Assembly (NCBI GenBank): GCA_013265495.1
Contig: MU057724.1
Coordinates: forward strand, 310,001 to 374,000
Direction: 5' to 3'
Length of the DNA: 64,000 nt
Origin: Vicugna vicugna
Taxonomy: Eukaryota
Shown here: piece by piece, positions 60,761 through 64,000 of the stretch
Numbering within the stretch: position 1 is the stretch's first letter
Layout: every line of letters starts with the position of its first letter
The notes under the pieces: generated by a model
What the model saw: only the letters and a program-made list of their open reading frames with translations
What the model was told of the DNA's origin: nothing
Databases searched by the model: none
Program-made: the position numbers and the translations under genes

Positions 60761-61436
60761 AGCAACCTGTTTTAATGAGACCTCAAGGTAATTCTGATGC
60801 CAAAATTTGAGCACCAATGACGTGAAGAGACCCACAAGTCAACGGCAGAATCTGGAGGACTCAGCTGTAAAACAAGAGGGGATGTTAACGCCCAGTCACC
60901 AGTCTCCAGCACCCCTGCAGAGTGACCGTGGCCAGCAGACACCAGAGCCCCCGAGAGCCCCACGGAGACCGCAGAGGGGCCCGGCGCTCCCCACTGTCTG
61001 AGAACAAGGCCCTGCCGGGACAGAAAGGCAGTGAAGACTGGAAATCGCCGGTCACTAACCCAGTCTCGGTTTTGGGTGGCTTCACTTCATAATCCTGTAA
61101 TTCCATGTGTGTCAAAATCCTACTATTTCATTATTTCAGTTCCTATACTTCATCAGACTTACTCCGTGACAGTCCATGCATATTTCAGTCAAGCAATTCC
61201 ACATAGAATTCATATTCAAAATTAGTGCAATAAAATAAACGCTTCAAAACTAATTTTCATATTGTATCCACCATTCCAACCAAGATTACACCTTAAAGCA
61301 TTTCCAAACATTAAGCTTTTTAACAACTTTGGAAAACTGACTCTTCATACTTCCGAAAATTCCTCCCAGATTCTCCTTTATTAACTGATAACAGTTTTGT
61401 GTTGGGGAAAAGAAACGGAAAAGGAACATCACGTAC

Positions 61437-61536
61437 CGTGGCAGGCGCCGTTTTCTGGCTTGGTTCAGAGAAGTGTGCTTCTTCTGGATGATGCGGCCCA
61501 GGTGGTCGACGGCGTCACAGCACTGCTGCGCGGTGC
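61437..61536 (-). CDS. PRKDC: DNA-PKcs exon ~29 (100 nt)
   Basis: [34 protein letters not shown]; acceptor gtgcag, donor gtacgt. Confidence 0.96.
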
Positions 61537-62768
61537 CTGCACACAACAAGAAGGTGAGCTTTCGGGGAGGGCCAGCGGGCGCACTGACAAAGAGGGTCTG
61601 TGGGTTTACAGGCCTACTCTTTTAATTAAAGAGATGATTTATTCAGAACAGTTCATACGCTTCCATCCCTCAAAATATGAAATTTAAGTAAGTGAGTTAC
61701 ACTGCACATCCAAAAACGAAACCCGTACTGAAGACGCACAGGCAGTACCCGCAGCCCCCACGCGCGGCTCTGCGACCGAGAGGCCTTGCAGGTGTTATGA
61801 GCCCCACAAAGCAGGCCAGAGCCTGTGTACTTCCATCCACCATATTAGGGGTGCAAGTCCCTCGAGCTCCGCTTCCTCTCACATAGGTTAAACCATATCA
61901 CAGCTCAGTGACACGGCTCCTGCAGAGGAGAACAGGAATAAGCAGCAACGCCACCCACAGAGGCCTGGGGCCGCTGAGGGGAGGGGCCTCGCACGGCTCG
62001 TTCTGACCTCTACTCCCCAGGGGAAGGGTTCTTCCTATGCCTTTGAAATACGGTACTGATTTTTCAGAGCAAAGCTTCACTGTCTGAGAAAATTCACATA
62101 CACATGCTGTTGAAATAAAGTAACTCTTAAGCCACTGACGTCAGGACTGAGTCTCACGCATCTCTGCTCACAGCAGGGCTGCCAGCAGGAAGGACAAGAG
62201 AGCTTATTAATCTGTCTGTCTCACCTGGTGAGAGGGGGCTGCGTGGCCGCTGCTGTGAGGTGTGGGCCCGGCCCGACCTACCCGCAGACTGCGTGGGGAC
62301 CGCCGCCCGCCCAGAGACCCAGAGGTACCAGTAAAGACTGTAACTTATCACTCCTCAGCCACGTTAGCCTACTCCTGACCTGGTATTTTAAAATCACGTC
62401 TTACATACGGTCAAAACAGCACAACCTTGCGACGAAACTGCTACTTTCTTCACTGAGGTCAGGAGCGGGCAGGAAGCCCTGACCACATCTTCGAGGTCAC
62501 GACCTTCCTCACCTTGTGCAATCTGCATTTTCAGTCGTGTCACCACAGCCACGGGCCAGCTTCACCGGAGCATCACAGAAAACCGCCCCGCGCCCTCGGT
62601 GGGGCCCCCCGCCAGGGGCTGAGCTGAGGGACCGCTGGGGCACGTGGCGCCTGGGGGAGGAGGCCCAGAGGCCCCACACAAACCGGGTCTGGGAGGGAGG
62701 GCGCGTCTCCCTTGCGTTCATTGCCCTGGCCAGGGCACAGCACCCCGGGGCCCCGGGAGGAGCTCTCA

Positions 62769-62999
<231 letters not shown>

Positions 63000-64000
63000 C
63001 TAACCTGTCCTGAAGAGCAGCTCACGTGTTTCCAGACCCCAAACAACCTAAGATGCTTCTCAAAGAAGCAGCTTTGTCCAGAGCAGACCCAGGAGCCCCG
63101 GCTTTTTCCCACATAAGCACTTACCTCACCTGCAGTTCCACTCACAGGACGTAACCTTAAAACCGCTGTTCTGACCACGCTCCACGCACCTCATTAAAAT
63201 TGCATGCAGCTGAAAAGAAACCTGGTACCTCATCCACATTCATGTAAAACACAGTAGTTTTAACAGCTCTCCACCTCTCCACAGGCAGTCAGCACCAACA
63301 GCAGCACCGGGCCTCTCAGCCAGACCCGCCGCCCGTGGACAGTGACGTCTGCGGCCCGTCCAGCGCAGACGGCTTCTCGCGGGGAGGGGGTGCTGCGCCC
63401 GCACACGCTGGGCAGAGTGGCACCCCCCCTTCCTGAGGCTCCCTCCCAGTGCTCTGGCTCGGACAGCCGCGGGCAGACGTCAAAGGGCAGTGCACGTCCC
63501 TGGACAGCATTTCTCCTCGTGTCAGCTGTGGGTCTCCCTCGCACATCCCTGGAGGGCTCTGCTTCCCCGGACTAACAAGGGACCTGGTCCACCCAGCTCC
63601 TCAGGACGGGCTACCGTTACTCCCAGGGAAGCGGATGCCAGTCCCTGCTCAGCGGGGTGTCCCAGGATCCTGTCCCGGACAGTGAAGACCCTGACCCACC
63701 TCACCCACCGTGCCCACAACCAGCAGCTGCTCTCCAGGACCAGGAGCACAGTGCTCGGGGTGCACACAGGCAACCCAGCCGAAAGGCAAAACGGGAACAA
63801 GTGACCTCCAGTAGGAGAACGGCGAGCTCAGGGCAGGGGCGGGTCCAAAACACTGATAATATTCTGTTTCTAAACCTGGGTGCTAAGTGTGCAGGAACTT
63901 CTTTCATTTTCATGAGTCTGTAAACTCTACACAGGTTAGGGCTTTAAGTGGAGGTGTAACTGACATACACCACTGCATCAGCTTCAGGTGCGCAACACAG

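Overview
Mammalian genomic DNA, most likely a camelid judging by the tRNA-derived SINE family. The whole window lies inside PRKDC (DNA-PKcs) on the minus strand. I mapped 42 consecutive coding exons, about human exons 28-69 (roughly aa 1090-3249). They cover the central HEAT region, the NUC194-type region, the PQR and ABCDE phosphorylation clusters and the start of the FAT domain. The exons sum to 6469 nt (1 nt plus 2156 codons) and join in one open frame; 40 introns are GT-AG and one is GC-AG. Introns hold LINE-1 fragments, camelid-type SINEs, MIRs, MaLR LTR elements and short tandem repeats. I found no prokaryotic, CRISPR or clearly novel multi-gene system. The most unusual signal is patchy, strong AT-to-GC drift in both exons and dead L1 copies, consistent with GC-biased gene conversion. 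It coincides with loss or remodelling of several known regulatory sites (phosphosites, caspase sites). Human exon and residue numbers and the human sequence are from memory and need alignment. Repeat boundaries and subfamilies are approximate.
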